From an uncultured Gemmatimonadales bacterium (GTDB lineage: Bacteria; Gemmatimonadota; Gemmatimonadetes; Longimicrobiales; Gaopeijiaceae): a DNA stretch of 64,000 nucleotides. Both the position numbers and the translations under genes were made by a program. Below, in pieces: positions 1 through 9,242 of this stretch. The stretch is taken from the NCBI GenBank assembly GCA_963823035.1, contig CAWGKG010000012.1, positions 160,001 to 224,000 on the forward strand, given 5' to 3'. The first letter of the stretch is position 1; the number at the start of each line of letters is the position of its first letter. The notes under the pieces are model-generated. The model was not told where the DNA came from and made no database searches. It worked only from the letters and a program-made list of their open reading frames with translations.

Positions 1-878
1 CGCAGCCGGCGCAGGGCGCGGTCGCGAAGCTGGCGGATCCGCTCGCGGGTCACGCCGAGCATGTTGCCGATCTCCTCGAGCGTGTGCTCGCGCTCGCCCT
101 CGAGCCCGAAGTAGAGCCGCAGCACCTTCGCGTCGCGCGCCTCGAGCGTGGAAAGCGCCTCCGTGATCGCCTCGGTCAGCAGCCGGCTCTCGACCTCCAG
201 CTCCGGCTCCGCGGCCTCCTCGGTGATGAAGCGCTCCACGAGCTGCGAGTCCTCCGAATCACCGATCGGCGCGTCCAGCCGGATCTCCGCGGCGTTCAGC
301 GTCTGCAGCGACTCGACGAGCTCTGGCGTGAGGTCGGTGGCCTCGGCCAGCTCCTCCGTGGTGGGCTCGCGTCCCTTCTCCTGCTTGAGGCGCTCCTTCT
401 CGCGGAAGATGCGCGCCAGATCGCTCGCACGGTTGAGCGGAACACGCACGGCGCGGCCATGGTTGGCCAGCGAGGCCAGGATGGCCTGCCGGATCCACCA
501 CACCGCATAGGAGATGAACTTCACCCCCTGCTCCGGATCGAACTTACGCGCGGCCGTGACCAGCCCGACGTTCCCCTCCTGGATCAGGTCCGTGAGGGAC
601 ACACCGCGGTTCTGATACTTCTTGGCCACGCTGATCACGAAGCGCAGGTTGGCGCGCGCGAGCTCCTGGATCGCTTCCTCGTCGCCCTTCTGAGCGAGCG
701 CACCGAGCTCCTTCTCACGGTCCGGCGTGATGAGCTCGTGACGGCTCACGTCGCGAAGGTACTGATCCAGCGCACTCTGCTCCTCCACGCTCGCGTCGAA
801 CCCGGAGAGAAGGTTCTTCCCCTTACGCTTCCGACGCTTGGCCGCCGGGGCCGCCTTCTTGGCAGGGGCAGTGGCCAT
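1..878 (-). CDS. RNA polymerase sigma-70 factor, RpoD/SigA family (3' end runs off window)
   Basis: Not in ORF track. Manual translation gives MATAPAKKAAP..., ANLRFVISVAKKY, FISYAVWWIRQAIL and HTLEEIGNMLGVTRERIRQL (regions 2 and 4). GGAG upstream of the ATG at 878. Confidence 0.93.
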   Translation of the reverse strand, partial: MATAPAKKAAPAAKRRKRKGKNLLSGFDASVEEQSALDQYLRDVSRHELITPDREKELGALAQKGDEEAIQELARANLRFVISVAKKYQNRGVSLTDLIQEGNVGLVTAARKFDPEQGVKFISYAVWWIRQAILASLANHGRAVRVPLNRASDLARIFREKERLKQEKGREPTTEELAEATDLTPELVESLQTLNAAEIRLDAPIGDSEDSQLVERFITEEAAEPELEVESRLLTEAITEALSTLEARDAKVLRLYFGLEGEREHTLEEIGNMLGVTRERIRQLRDRALRRL

Positions 879-976
879 TCGATCTATGCTCCTTTGGGCG
901 CGACCCGAAACTGGGATCGGCTGGTTCTCTCTCATCGACGTCAGATTCGGCGAATCCGCCGGATCTTTAGCCCTTC

Positions 977-1005
977 ATGATGCTCTTCGACGTTTTGATT
1001 GTCAA
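977..1005 (-). promoter_or_regulatory. Putative sigma70 promoter TTGACA-N17-CATCAT for the sigma factor gene
   Basis: Perfect -35 hexamer, 17-nt spacer, -10 with conserved A and T, in an AT-richer intergenic patch about 100 nt upstream of the start. Confidence 0.6.
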
Positions 1006-1260
1006 CATCACTCGGGGCACATACTACTTCACTGCGAGAGCCGAGTTCCATCCTCCGTGCGTTCCGGCGGACCGAGGGTCCGGGTGGGAGGGAACCAACG
1101 GGGGGCGATCCCTGTAGCGTCGGTTTCTGGTAACCCCTCTTGAGAGACGAGTTCCGCCGTTCCCCCAGCTCTGGAGCTCCGGTTGCCGCCCGTCCACAAG
1201 AGGCTCTACCTTGGCGCCTCGCCTACCCGTGTCTCCGCTCCCTCGAAAGACCATCCGCCT

Positions 1261-2037
1261 TTGGGTCACAAGCTTACTTTCACCGGCCTCAGCGACATCG
1301 GGCGGGTCCGGAAGCGGAACGAGGACAGCTTGTCCCTCCAGCCCGATCTGGGCGTCGCCATCGTCGCGGACGGCATGGGGGGACACCCGGGCGGAGACGT
1401 CGCCAGCCGGATCGCAGCCGATACCGCCGCGCGCCGGCTGCGGGCGCTGCTTCCGCACGGCGGGGCACAGGAGGATACGGCCGAGCTGTTGCGCTCCGCC
1501 ATGGCGCAATCGGTCCTCGGAGCGCACCACGCGGTCCGCACCGAGGGCGTGCGCGAGCCCAGCCTGGACGGGATGGGCACGACGCTCACGGCCATGGCGA
1601 TCGACACGACTTCGGGGGAGTACACGATCGGGCACGTGGGGGACTCGCGCGCCTACCGGTTCCGGGGCGGCGCGCTCGTCCAGCTCACGCGGGACGACAC
1701 GTGGGTCCAGCGGCGCGTCGAAGCGGAGGAGCTCACCCCGGACCAGGCGCGCCGCCACCCGTTCGGCCATATCCTCACGCAGTGTGTCGGACTGGAGGAT
1801 GCGCCGGAGCCCCAGGTACTCAGGGGGATGGTCGAGCCCGGGGACGTGTACGTCCTGTGCACGGACGGCCTGGTGGGAATGCTCGACGACGCCGACCTGG
1901 AGCGACTCCTGACCGCCCATGCAGGGGAGGGCGCGGAGGCCGTGGCCACCGCGCTGGTGACGCTCGCCAAGGAGCGGGGAGGCTTCGACAACATCACGGT
2001 CGTGGTGACCGAGGTGGCGCGCGCAGGGACCGACTAG
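1261..2037 (+). CDS. PP2C-family Ser/Thr protein phosphatase (Stp1/PrpC-like)
   Basis: GRVRKRNED, VADGMGGH, GMGTT, HVGDSRAY, LCTDGL and GGFDNIT motifs. Start uncertain (TTG 1261 or TTG 1183). Confidence 0.92.
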   Translation: MGHKLTFTGLSDIGRVRKRNEDSLSLQPDLGVAIVADGMGGHPGGDVASRIAADTAARRLRALLPHGGAQEDTAELLRSAMAQSVLGAHHAVRTEGVREPSLDGMGTTLTAMAIDTTSGEYTIGHVGDSRAYRFRGGALVQLTRDDTWVQRRVEAEELTPDQARRHPFGHILTQCVGLEDAPEPQVLRGMVEPGDVYVLCTDGLVGMLDDADLERLLTAHAGEGAEAVATALVTLAKERGGFDNITVVVTEVARAGTD

Positions 2038-3329
2038 ACGGCACCCACCGGTCTCGTGATGCGCTCCAGCACCTGCTCGCGGTCCAGCTCGCGCCGCTCG
2101 AACGTGAACACGCGCAGGACGCGCGCGGTCATGTAGAGCTCCCGCGCCACCCGGGGGAGGTCGACCAGCCCGGCGAGGCCCTCCGTGCCCAGGCGCCCCA
2201 CGGACCCGTCCCTGAACTCGACGAGCACGTCGAGCTGGAACATCGCGGGCTTGGCCGGGAAGTCGATCATGACTTCGCCCGGCTCGAGGCCGAGCTCCCC
2301 CGCGATCTCGTCCTCGACCACACGCTTCCACGGCGAGTCCCCGACGGCCCAGTCCTCCACCTGGCGTCCGCGCAGGTCCGCCGCGGTGAGCTCGACCGCG
2401 CGTTTGGGGAGGCGCCGATGCCGCAACGCCGGGAGCCACCGCGTCGCGAGGCGCTCGGCGGCGTCCGAGTCGTCCTCCTGCGCGCGTCGCGCGATCTCGT
2501 AGAGGAGCTCCTCGTCCGTCGGGCCCACGAGCTCATCCGGGTCGATCAGCCCCGCCGACACCGACTCCTCCACGATGCGCTTGTAGAGCGCCGTCGCCGC
2601 GCGCACGCCGTGGTGCCAATAGACGTTCCGGAACATCTGGTACTTGGCGAAGAGCAGCGACTCGAGGGCCGCCACCGCCTTCTCGTGCACGCCCAGCTCG
2701 TAGGCGCCGGTCGCGGGGTCGGGGAGGAGCACGAGCCCCTGGACCAGGCGGTCGACGTCCACCTCGCCGTAGGGCACACCGCAGAATTGGGCGTCTCTGC
2801 GCAGGTACTCCATCTTGTCGAGGTCGAGGCTCCCGCTCACCAGCCCCCGCAGGGGCATGGCGCTCTGGCCGCGGATGATCTCGTGGATGCGGTCGGCCGC
2901 GCCGAGCCCGAGCGGCGCGAGGGCGTCCCGCAGCGCGGGGGACTGGAAGAACCTCCGGCTCACCTCCTCGTGGTCCGCATGGACCTCGCCCTCCAGCTCC
3001 TCGAGCGCGTGCGAGAACGGATAGTGCCCGATGTCGTGCAGGAGCGCCGCGTAGGGCACGAGTTCCTCACCCTCCCACACCTCGGGTGGGACGCCCCCCC
3101 GGTCATGAAGCTGGCGCAGCGCCGTCACGGTCAGGTGGTAGACGCCCAGCGCGTGGTCGAAGCGCGTGTGTGTGGCGCCCGGGTAGACGAGGTGCGCCAG
3201 CCCGAGCTGGCGGATGTAACGGAGGCGCTGGAACTCGGCCGTGTCGATGATGCGTACGGCGGTCGCGTCCAGGCGAATCGTATTCCAGAGCGGGTCGCGG
3301 ATCAGCTTCCCGTGTGTGGGTGCAGTCAT
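2034..3329 (-). CDS. HD-domain phosphohydrolase (SAMHD1/YwfO-like dNTP triphosphohydrolase family)
   Basis: IRDPLW, FQRLRYIRQLG, HTRFDHALG, LLHDIGHYPFSH, DLDKMEYLRRD and VYWH motifs. ATG at 3329. Confidence 0.88.
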   Translation of the reverse strand: MTAPTHGKLIRDPLWNTIRLDATAVRIIDTAEFQRLRYIRQLGLAHLVYPGATHTRFDHALGVYHLTVTALRQLHDRGGVPPEVWEGEELVPYAALLHDIGHYPFSHALEELEGEVHADHEEVSRRFFQSPALRDALAPLGLGAADRIHEIIRGQSAMPLRGLVSGSLDLDKMEYLRRDAQFCGVPYGEVDVDRLVQGLVLLPDPATGAYELGVHEKAVAALESLLFAKYQMFRNVYWHHGVRAATALYKRIVEESVSAGLIDPDELVGPTDEELLYEIARRAQEDDSDAAERLATRWLPALRHRRLPKRAVELTAADLRGRQVEDWAVGDSPWKRVVEDEIAGELGLEPGEVMIDFPAKPAMFQLDVLVEFRDGSVGRLGTEGLAGLVDLPRVARELYMTARVLRVFTFERRELDREQVLERITRPVGAV

Positions 3330-3499
3330 GCCGGAAGTTGGACGGCACGGCGAAGAGGGGCAATGATCGAACGGGACACGACGGGGGAGGTCTCGCCGCG
3401 AGCCGGGCCGCGGGGCGGAAAGTCGGTGGCGGGTCGTCGACGGCGTCTCTATCTTCCCGAAGGAAAAGCGAAGACGCCCGACTTCCACCCGCATCGCCG

Positions 3500-4591
3500 T
3501 TGCACGCCAACCCTGCCCTCCGAGAGCAAGTCCGCGACCGCGCCGAGAACCGCCCGGGCGTGTACCGGATGTACGGTCCCGGCGACGAGCTGCTCTACGT
3601 CGGCAAGTCGGTGCACGTGCGTACGCGCCTCCTCTCCTACTTCCGCGCCACCAAGGGCGAGAAGGCCTGGGAGCTGATCCGCGAGGCGACCCGCGTCGAG
3701 TGGGAGTACATCCCCAACGAGTTCGCGGCGCTCGTCCACGAGATGAAGCTCATCCAGAGCCGGCAACCGCGCTTCAACGTGCGCCACCGGCGGAAGCGCA
3801 TCTACGCCTTCGTGAAGGTCACCCGCGAGCCCGCGGCCCGCGTGCTCCCCACCACCCGTGTCGTCGAGGACGGCGCCACGTACTACGGCCCGTTTCCGCG
3901 CGTCGGCGCACTCGCCCAGACCGTGCGGGAGCTGTCGCACGTCCTGGGGATCCGGGACTGTCCGGCCGCCACCCCGATGTTCTTCGGGGACCAGCTCGAG
4001 ATCTTCCGGGCCGGACGGCCGCCGCGCTGCCTGCGCGCCGACCTCCGCACCTGTCTCGCGCCGTGCTGCGGGCGACCCACCGCCGCCGAGTACGCGCACG
4101 CGGTGGAGACGGCGCGCCGCTTCCTGGAGGGGCGCGCCGAGCGCCCGCTGCGCGAGATCGAGGTGCGCATGCAGACGGCGGCCGAGCAGATGGAGTTCGA
4201 GTATGCCGGGCTCCTGCGCGACCGCCTGGAACGGCTGCGCCGCTTCCGCGACGAGCTGGTCGCGTTCCGAGGCCGGGTGGAGGACCTCACCTTCGTGTAC
4301 CGCGTGCCGGGCTTCCACGGCGACGATCGCGTCTACCTCATCCGCAGAGGTCGGATCCAGCGCGAGCTGGCGCATCCCAAGGGACGCAAGGCGCGCGAGC
4401 GCGTCGCGTGCGCCATCGAGGAGGTGTACGGCGAGGTCGACCGGGGCCCGCGCGGTCTCGCGCCCGAGGACGCCGCGGAGATCCTCCTGGTCGCCCAGTG
4501 GTTCAGACTGCACCCGAAGGAGCGTCGCCGGACGCTCGCGCCTTCCCGCTGGATCGAGGAGAAGGTCCACCGGAAGCCTCCCTGCGCATGA
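3500..4591 (+). CDS. GIY-YIG nuclease with UvrB/UvrC-interaction motif (short UvrC/Cho-like)
   Basis: PGVYRM...LLYVGKS...RLLSYF, PRFN, YGPF, Cys cluster and MQTAAEQMEFEYAGLLRDRL. No RNase H-like or HhH C-terminus. Start uncertain. Confidence 0.85.
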   Translation: MHANPALREQVRDRAENRPGVYRMYGPGDELLYVGKSVHVRTRLLSYFRATKGEKAWELIREATRVEWEYIPNEFAALVHEMKLIQSRQPRFNVRHRRKRIYAFVKVTREPAARVLPTTRVVEDGATYYGPFPRVGALAQTVRELSHVLGIRDCPAATPMFFGDQLEIFRAGRPPRCLRADLRTCLAPCCGRPTAAEYAHAVETARRFLEGRAERPLREIEVRMQTAAEQMEFEYAGLLRDRLERLRRFRDELVAFRGRVEDLTFVYRVPGFHGDDRVYLIRRGRIQRELAHPKGRKARERVACAIEEVYGEVDRGPRGLAPEDAAEILLVAQWFRLHPKERRRTLAPSRWIEEKVHRKPPCA

Positions 4592-5601
4592 ACGATCGTC
4601 CCCTCGAGCGACCGCCCCTCCAAGTCTTCGGCGAAGAGGATATCCGCCGGGCCGTCGACGACGCCGCGGCGCTCGCCAGCGCGGAGCGCGCCTTCACGGC
4701 CATGGCCCGCGGCGAGGCGACCGTGCCGCCACCCATGGGCGTCGACCTCGAGCGCGTGCGCGGCGAGATCCACGTGAAGGGGGCCGCCCTCGAGGGCGCG
4801 CCGATCTTCGCCTTCAAGGTGGCCACCGGCTTCTACGGCAACGCCGCGCTCGGCCTCCCCACCGGCGCGGGCCTCGTGCTCGTGTTCGACGCGCGCACCG
4901 GGTTTCCCTTGGCCGTGCTGGCCGACAACGGCTACCTGACGGACGTGCGCACGGCCGCCGCGGGCGCCCTCGCGGTGCGCCTGCTCGCTCCCGAGCGGCC
5001 GCTGGTCACCGCGGTGGTGGGCGCGGGGATCCAGGCGCGCATGCAGCTGCGCCTGATCGCGAAGGTCCGCCCGCTGGCGATGGTGCGCGTCTGGTCGCCC
5101 ACGGTGGCGTCGCGCAACGGCTACGTGGCCGAGATGCGCGACGTGCTCCGCACCGACGTGCGGGCGGAGGACACCGTGGCGGACGCCGTCGCCGGGGCCG
5201 ACCTCGTCGTGACCGTGACACCCGCGCGGAAGCCGCTGGTGGAGGCTGATATGCTGCGCTCAGGCGCGACGGTCGTCGCCGTCGGCTCCGACGGCCCGGA
5301 CAAGCGCGAGCTCGCAGCCGACCTGGTCGCCGGCGCGGACAAGGTGGTCACCGACCGCACGGAGCAGTGCGTCCGCTTGGGCGAGCTCCACCACGCGGTC
5401 GTGGCCGGACTCATGACCATCGGCGACGTACACGCCGAGCTGGGGCAGGTCCTCACCGGCGTACGGTCCGGTCGGGAGGGGGACGAGACCATCGTCTGCG
5501 ACCTCACCGGCGTGGGTGCCCAGGACGCCGCCATCGCGGAGGCCGCGTTCGGCTCCCTCGAGCGCCTTGCAACCTTCTCCGGAAAGAAACTGTCAGATTG
5601 A
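4588..5601 (+). CDS. Ornithine cyclodeaminase / mu-crystallin family protein
   Basis: LTDVRTAAAGALA, VVGAGIQAR, AVGSD and DLTGVGAQD motifs. ATGA overlap with the upstream gene. Confidence 0.9.
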   Translation: MNDRPLERPPLQVFGEEDIRRAVDDAAALASAERAFTAMARGEATVPPPMGVDLERVRGEIHVKGAALEGAPIFAFKVATGFYGNAALGLPTGAGLVLVFDARTGFPLAVLADNGYLTDVRTAAAGALAVRLLAPERPLVTAVVGAGIQARMQLRLIAKVRPLAMVRVWSPTVASRNGYVAEMRDVLRTDVRAEDTVADAVAGADLVVTVTPARKPLVEADMLRSGATVVAVGSDGPDKRELAADLVAGADKVVTDRTEQCVRLGELHHAVVAGLMTIGDVHAELGQVLTGVRSGREGDETIVCDLTGVGAQDAAIAEAAFGSLERLATFSGKKLSD

Positions 5602-5608
5602 TAGTTTC
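5586..5608. promoter_or_regulatory. Palindrome GAAACTGTCA-N3-TGATAGTTTC, putative PadR operator
   Basis: 9/10 inverted repeat, AT-rich, about 45 nt upstream of the padR-like start. Confidence 0.55.
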
Positions 5609-5652
5609 AGCGGGCCTGGGCGGCTCGCCGAGTCCTTCCGGAGATCGACATC

Positions 5653-5997
5653 ATGGCGAAAGGCCAGCGTGCGAGCGCGTTTCTCCCGCTGCACCCCCTC
5701 GAGTTCAGGATCCTCATGAGCCTCCTGGACGGTCCCAGCTACGGGACGCGCATCGTGGAGGAGGTCGAGGCCCGCGAGCGGGGGGCGACGCTCTATCCCG
5801 CGAACCTCTTCCGGAGGATCCGCGACCTCGTGGGGCGGGAGCTGCTCGAGGAATGCGCGCCGCCCGAGGACGCCGACCCCAGGCGCACGTACGTCCGCCT
5901 CACGAGGACGGGACGCGCCGTGGCGCGTGCGGAAGCCGTGCGCCTGAGGGAGCTCGTGCGCGAGGCCGAGGGACGTGACCTGCTCCCGGGGAGCTGA
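5653..5997 (+). CDS. PadR-family transcriptional regulator
   Basis: ILMSLLDGPSYG, LYPANLFRRIRDL and RRTYVRLTRTG wHTH pattern. 114 aa. Confidence 0.88.
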   Translation: MAKGQRASAFLPLHPLEFRILMSLLDGPSYGTRIVEEVEARERGATLYPANLFRRIRDLVGRELLEECAPPEDADPRRTYVRLTRTGRAVARAEAVRLRELVREAEGRDLLPGS

Positions 5998-8662
5998 AGA
6001 CGTGGAGCTCGACACCCGCGGGCGCGCCCGGTACCGCCGCCTCCTGCGCTTGCTGCCCGCTCGCCTCCGCGAGCGGTTCGGCGCGGACATGGAGGAGGTG
6101 TTCGCCTGGCGGATATCCCGCTGCCGGTCGAGGGCCGCCCGCGGATGGACGTGGGCCAGGGCGGTCGCGGACGTACTGAGCGAGGCCGCGCTGGAACGGA
6201 TGCGGCCGGCATCGACCAACGACGAGGGGAGGGGTGGCATGGGTACGAGAACACAGGATCTCCGATGGGCCGCGCGCACGCTCGTGCGCTCACCGCTCTT
6301 CACGGGCGTGGCGGTCCTCACCCTGGCGCTGGGGATCGGCGCCTCCACGGCCACCTTCTCCGTGGTGGGCACCGCGCTCTTCAAGGGTCTCCCCTACCAA
6401 GACGCCGACCGGCTGGTCGCGGTCTGGCCGAGCACGAACTTCAACACCGCCATGGTCCGGGACGCGGTCTCGTCGATGCCGGCCGTGGAATCCATGACCG
6501 GGGTCACCGGCTGGTCGCTCACGCTGGTCGGCGAAGGGGAGCCGCTCGAGGTGAATGCGAACCGCGTTTCGCCCGTCCATTTCCGGCTGCTGGGGGTCGA
6601 CGCGGCGGTGGGACGGACGTTCACGGACGAGGAGGGGCTTCCCGGGCAGGGCGACGTGGTCGTCTTGTCGCACGCGTTCTGGGTGCGGGTGCTCGGCGCC
6701 GACCCCGACGTGATCGGCCGCTCCCTTCAGCTTTCCGGCGCGGACTCGGAGACCCGCACGGTGATCGGCGTCATGCCACCCGACTTCCGGCCCGTCCGGG
6801 GTCGTCCGGAGGTGTGGATCCCCATGACGCTCGATCCGTCGGCCACCATCTCCTCGGACGGCAGTTGGTACGTCAACGAGCGCATCGCCCGTCTCGCGCC
6901 GGGCGCGACCCTCGCGCAGGCCGACGAGCAGATCGCCCGCTTCGCCCGCGACGTGCGCGAGCAGCTCAGCCGGCGTTACGACGAGGACGAGGTCCGCAGC
7001 GCCCGCATGCAGCCGCTGACCGCATACCTCACCCGGGACATGAAGCCGGTGCTGTGGGCGGCGCTCGGCGCCGTATCCCTGGTGCTCCTCATCGCGTGCG
7101 CCAACGTTGCGAACCTCCTCCTGGCCCGCGGCGAGGCCCGGACCCACGACCTCGCCGTGCGCTCCGCCCTCGGTGCGGGGCGCGACCGGGTGGTGCGCAT
7201 GCTCCTCGCGGAGAGCGGCATCCTCGGCCTGCTCGGCGGCGCACTCGGCATCCTCACGGCCTTCACGCTCGTCCGGCTCGCGGTGGCGATGGCCCCCGAC
7301 GACTTCCCGCGCATCCGCGACGTCGCCGTGGACGGCCCCGTCCTCCTGTACGCGGTGGCCGTCACGCTCGCTTCCACCCTCCTGGCGGGACTGGTCCCCG
7401 CGTTGCGCACCAGCCGCGTAGACGCCACGGCTTCGCTGGGCGGTGCCACCCGCGCCTCCTCCGCACGCCGCAGGTCGCGGCTCACGCTGGCCCTGGTCGG
7501 CGCCGAGGTCGCGCTCGCCGTGGTCGTCACGGTGGGCTCGGGCCTCATGCTCCGCTCGCTCCTGCGCCTGACCGCGGTGGACGCCGGCGTGGACACCCGC
7601 GGAACGCTCGTGCTGCGCGCGAGTCCCCCGGAGAGCCGCTACCAGGACCACGCCGACACGCAGGCCTACTGGACGCAGGTGCTCGCGCAGGTGTCCGCGC
7701 TGCCGGACGTCGCCTCGGTCGGCGCGATCCACCTCCTGCCGGGCACCGGCGACAACTGGAACTTCCCCACCTGGCCGGAGGGCGTGGACGTGCCCGAGGG
7801 CACGCCGACCCCGATCGCGAACTTCCGGATCGTGCGGCCGGGCTACTTCGAGACGGTGGGGCTGCCGGCACGGCGCGGCCGCCTGCTCGCGGACGCGGAC
7901 GGCGTCGACGACGAGAAGGTCGTGGTCGTGAACCAGGCCTTCGTGGACCGCTTCTGGGCAGGCCTGGACCCCGTCGGGCGGACCCTGCGCACGCTCCGGT
8001 CGTCGGGCGACCCGTACCGGGTGGTGGGGGTGGTCGCGGACGTCCACCAGCACGGTCTCGGGCAGGCGCCGGAGCCGGAGATGTACTTCTCGCAGGCGCA
8101 GTGGCCGGGATGGAGCCTGACGCTCTGGCTCGTCGTGAAGATGCGCGCGGACGACCGTCCGCTGGAGCGCGTGGCCGCCATCCAGCAGGCCATCTGGTCC
8201 GTCGACCCGAACGTGCCGATCACCGGGATCGACACCTTCGACCACGTGTTCGCCCAGTCGGCCGCGTCCACCCGCTTCCTGGCGGGCGTGCTGGGGTCCT
8301 TCGGCGCCCTGGCACTCCTGCTCGGCGCGGTCGGCGTGTTCGGCGTGACCGGCTACGCGGTGGCGCGGCGCCTACCGGAGTTCGGCGTGCGCATCGCGCT
8401 GGGATCCTCGCGCAAGCGCGTGCTCGGGGCGGGGGTCCTCACGTGCGCAGCGCCGGTGTGCGGCGGGCTGATCGTCGGACTGGCGACCGCCGCGGCCGCG
8501 GCCGGGGTGCTTCGCACCGTCCTTTTCGGCATCGAGCCCTCGGATCCCGTCACCTTCGTGCTCGTGGGCGGCACGCTCCTCGTCACGGCCGCGGTCGCGT
8601 CGCTGCTCCCCGCCTGGCGGGCGAGCCGCGTCGATCCGGTGCGCGTGCTCGGCGCCGACTGA
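5975..8662 (+). CDS. Duplicated MacB/FtsX-type ABC permease (ADOP-like) with N-terminal prefix domain
   Basis: QDLRWAARTL, LALGIGASTA, VLLIACANVANLLLARG, VRSALGAGR and PAWRASRVDP. Two MacB-PCD/FtsX halves. No adjacent ATPase. Confidence 0.9.
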   Translation: MTCSRGAEDVELDTRGRARYRRLLRLLPARLRERFGADMEEVFAWRISRCRSRAARGWTWARAVADVLSEAALERMRPASTNDEGRGGMGTRTQDLRWAARTLVRSPLFTGVAVLTLALGIGASTATFSVVGTALFKGLPYQDADRLVAVWPSTNFNTAMVRDAVSSMPAVESMTGVTGWSLTLVGEGEPLEVNANRVSPVHFRLLGVDAAVGRTFTDEEGLPGQGDVVVLSHAFWVRVLGADPDVIGRSLQLSGADSETRTVIGVMPPDFRPVRGRPEVWIPMTLDPSATISSDGSWYVNERIARLAPGATLAQADEQIARFARDVREQLSRRYDEDEVRSARMQPLTAYLTRDMKPVLWAALGAVSLVLLIACANVANLLLARGEARTHDLAVRSALGAGRDRVVRMLLAESGILGLLGGALGILTAFTLVRLAVAMAPDDFPRIRDVAVDGPVLLYAVAVTLASTLLAGLVPALRTSRVDATASLGGATRASSARRRSRLTLALVGAEVALAVVVTVGSGLMLRSLLRLTAVDAGVDTRGTLVLRASPPESRYQDHADTQAYWTQVLAQVSALPDVASVGAIHLLPGTGDNWNFPTWPEGVDVPEGTPTPIANFRIVRPGYFETVGLPARRGRLLADADGVDDEKVVVVNQAFVDRFWAGLDPVGRTLRTLRSSGDPYRVVGVVADVHQHGLGQAPEPEMYFSQAQWPGWSLTLWLVVKMRADDRPLERVAAIQQAIWSVDPNVPITGIDTFDHVFAQSAASTRFLAGVLGSFGALALLLGAVGVFGVTGYAVARRLPEFGVRIALGSSRKRVLGAGVLTCAAPVCGGLIVGLATAAAAAGVLRTVLFGIEPSDPVTFVLVGGTLLVTAAVASLLPAWRASRVDPVRVLGAD

Positions 8663-8674
8663 GCCGAGAGGGTA

Positions 8675-9163
8675 TCAGCCGCCGGCCGGCGGCGTCGTGG
8701 GGTTGCCCAGGTCCATCACGACCTTCCACGACCCGTCCGCCTGCTTCCGCCAGATCGTGACGTAGCGGCCCTGGCCCCTGCGCGTCGTGCCGTCGGCGGC
8801 CGTGACCTCCGACACGAAGCCACCCGTGGTCCAACCCAGATCCCCGCTCGCGGCGATGTCGGCGCGCAGCGGCTCCCACGTCAGGGAGTACGTCGGATCG
8901 TCCAGGTCGGCCATCAGATCGTGGATGGCATCGTGTCCACGGATCTCCCCCGCGTTCGGCACGATCTGGGCGCCGTCCGCGGCGATCCACGAGACCCACG
9001 CCTCGGTGCCCCCCTGCGCGACGGCGGCCGCGAACTGCCGGTCGGCCTCCATCAGCACGGCGGGGTCGGCCGGAGCGGGCGAGGGTGCCTCCGCGGCGCA
9101 TCCGCAGAGGAGGAGGGCAAACGCGAGCGTCGGACTTGCGAAGGGGGCGATGCGCACGGGCAT
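8675..9163 (-). CDS. SnoaL/NTF2-like (DUF4440/YybH) probable lipoprotein
   Basis: Lipobox LLCGC. Motifs LMEADRQF, AASGDLGWTTG and GRYVTIWRKQADGSWKVVMD. Alternative start 9199. Confidence 0.82.
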   Translation of the reverse strand: MPVRIAPFASPTLAFALLLCGCAAEAPSPAPADPAVLMEADRQFAAAVAQGGTEAWVSWIAADGAQIVPNAGEIRGHDAIHDLMADLDDPTYSLTWEPLRADIAASGDLGWTTGGFVSEVTAADGTTRRGQGRYVTIWRKQADGSWKVVMDLGNPTTPPAGG

Positions 9164-9242
9164 CCTCGCTGGCTCGGGCGGTGGGGTGTCGACGTGCACT
9201 CTGTACGTGCCCTCGGCTCCCGGGTGACAGCGCGACGACGGC

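Noticed and set aside
1036..1155. Direct repeat GAGAG(C/A)CGAGTTCC at 1036-1049 and 1142-1155
   Set aside because: Only two 14-bp copies (13/14) with no supporting context. Could be a regulator site but cannot be supported.
84..3677. Long overlapping ORFs such as 84..980 (+), 1140..3677 (+) and many similar ones across the window
   Set aside because: Shadow frames of GC-rich genes: Arg/Gly/Pro-rich or antisense to recognisable proteins, with no motifs.
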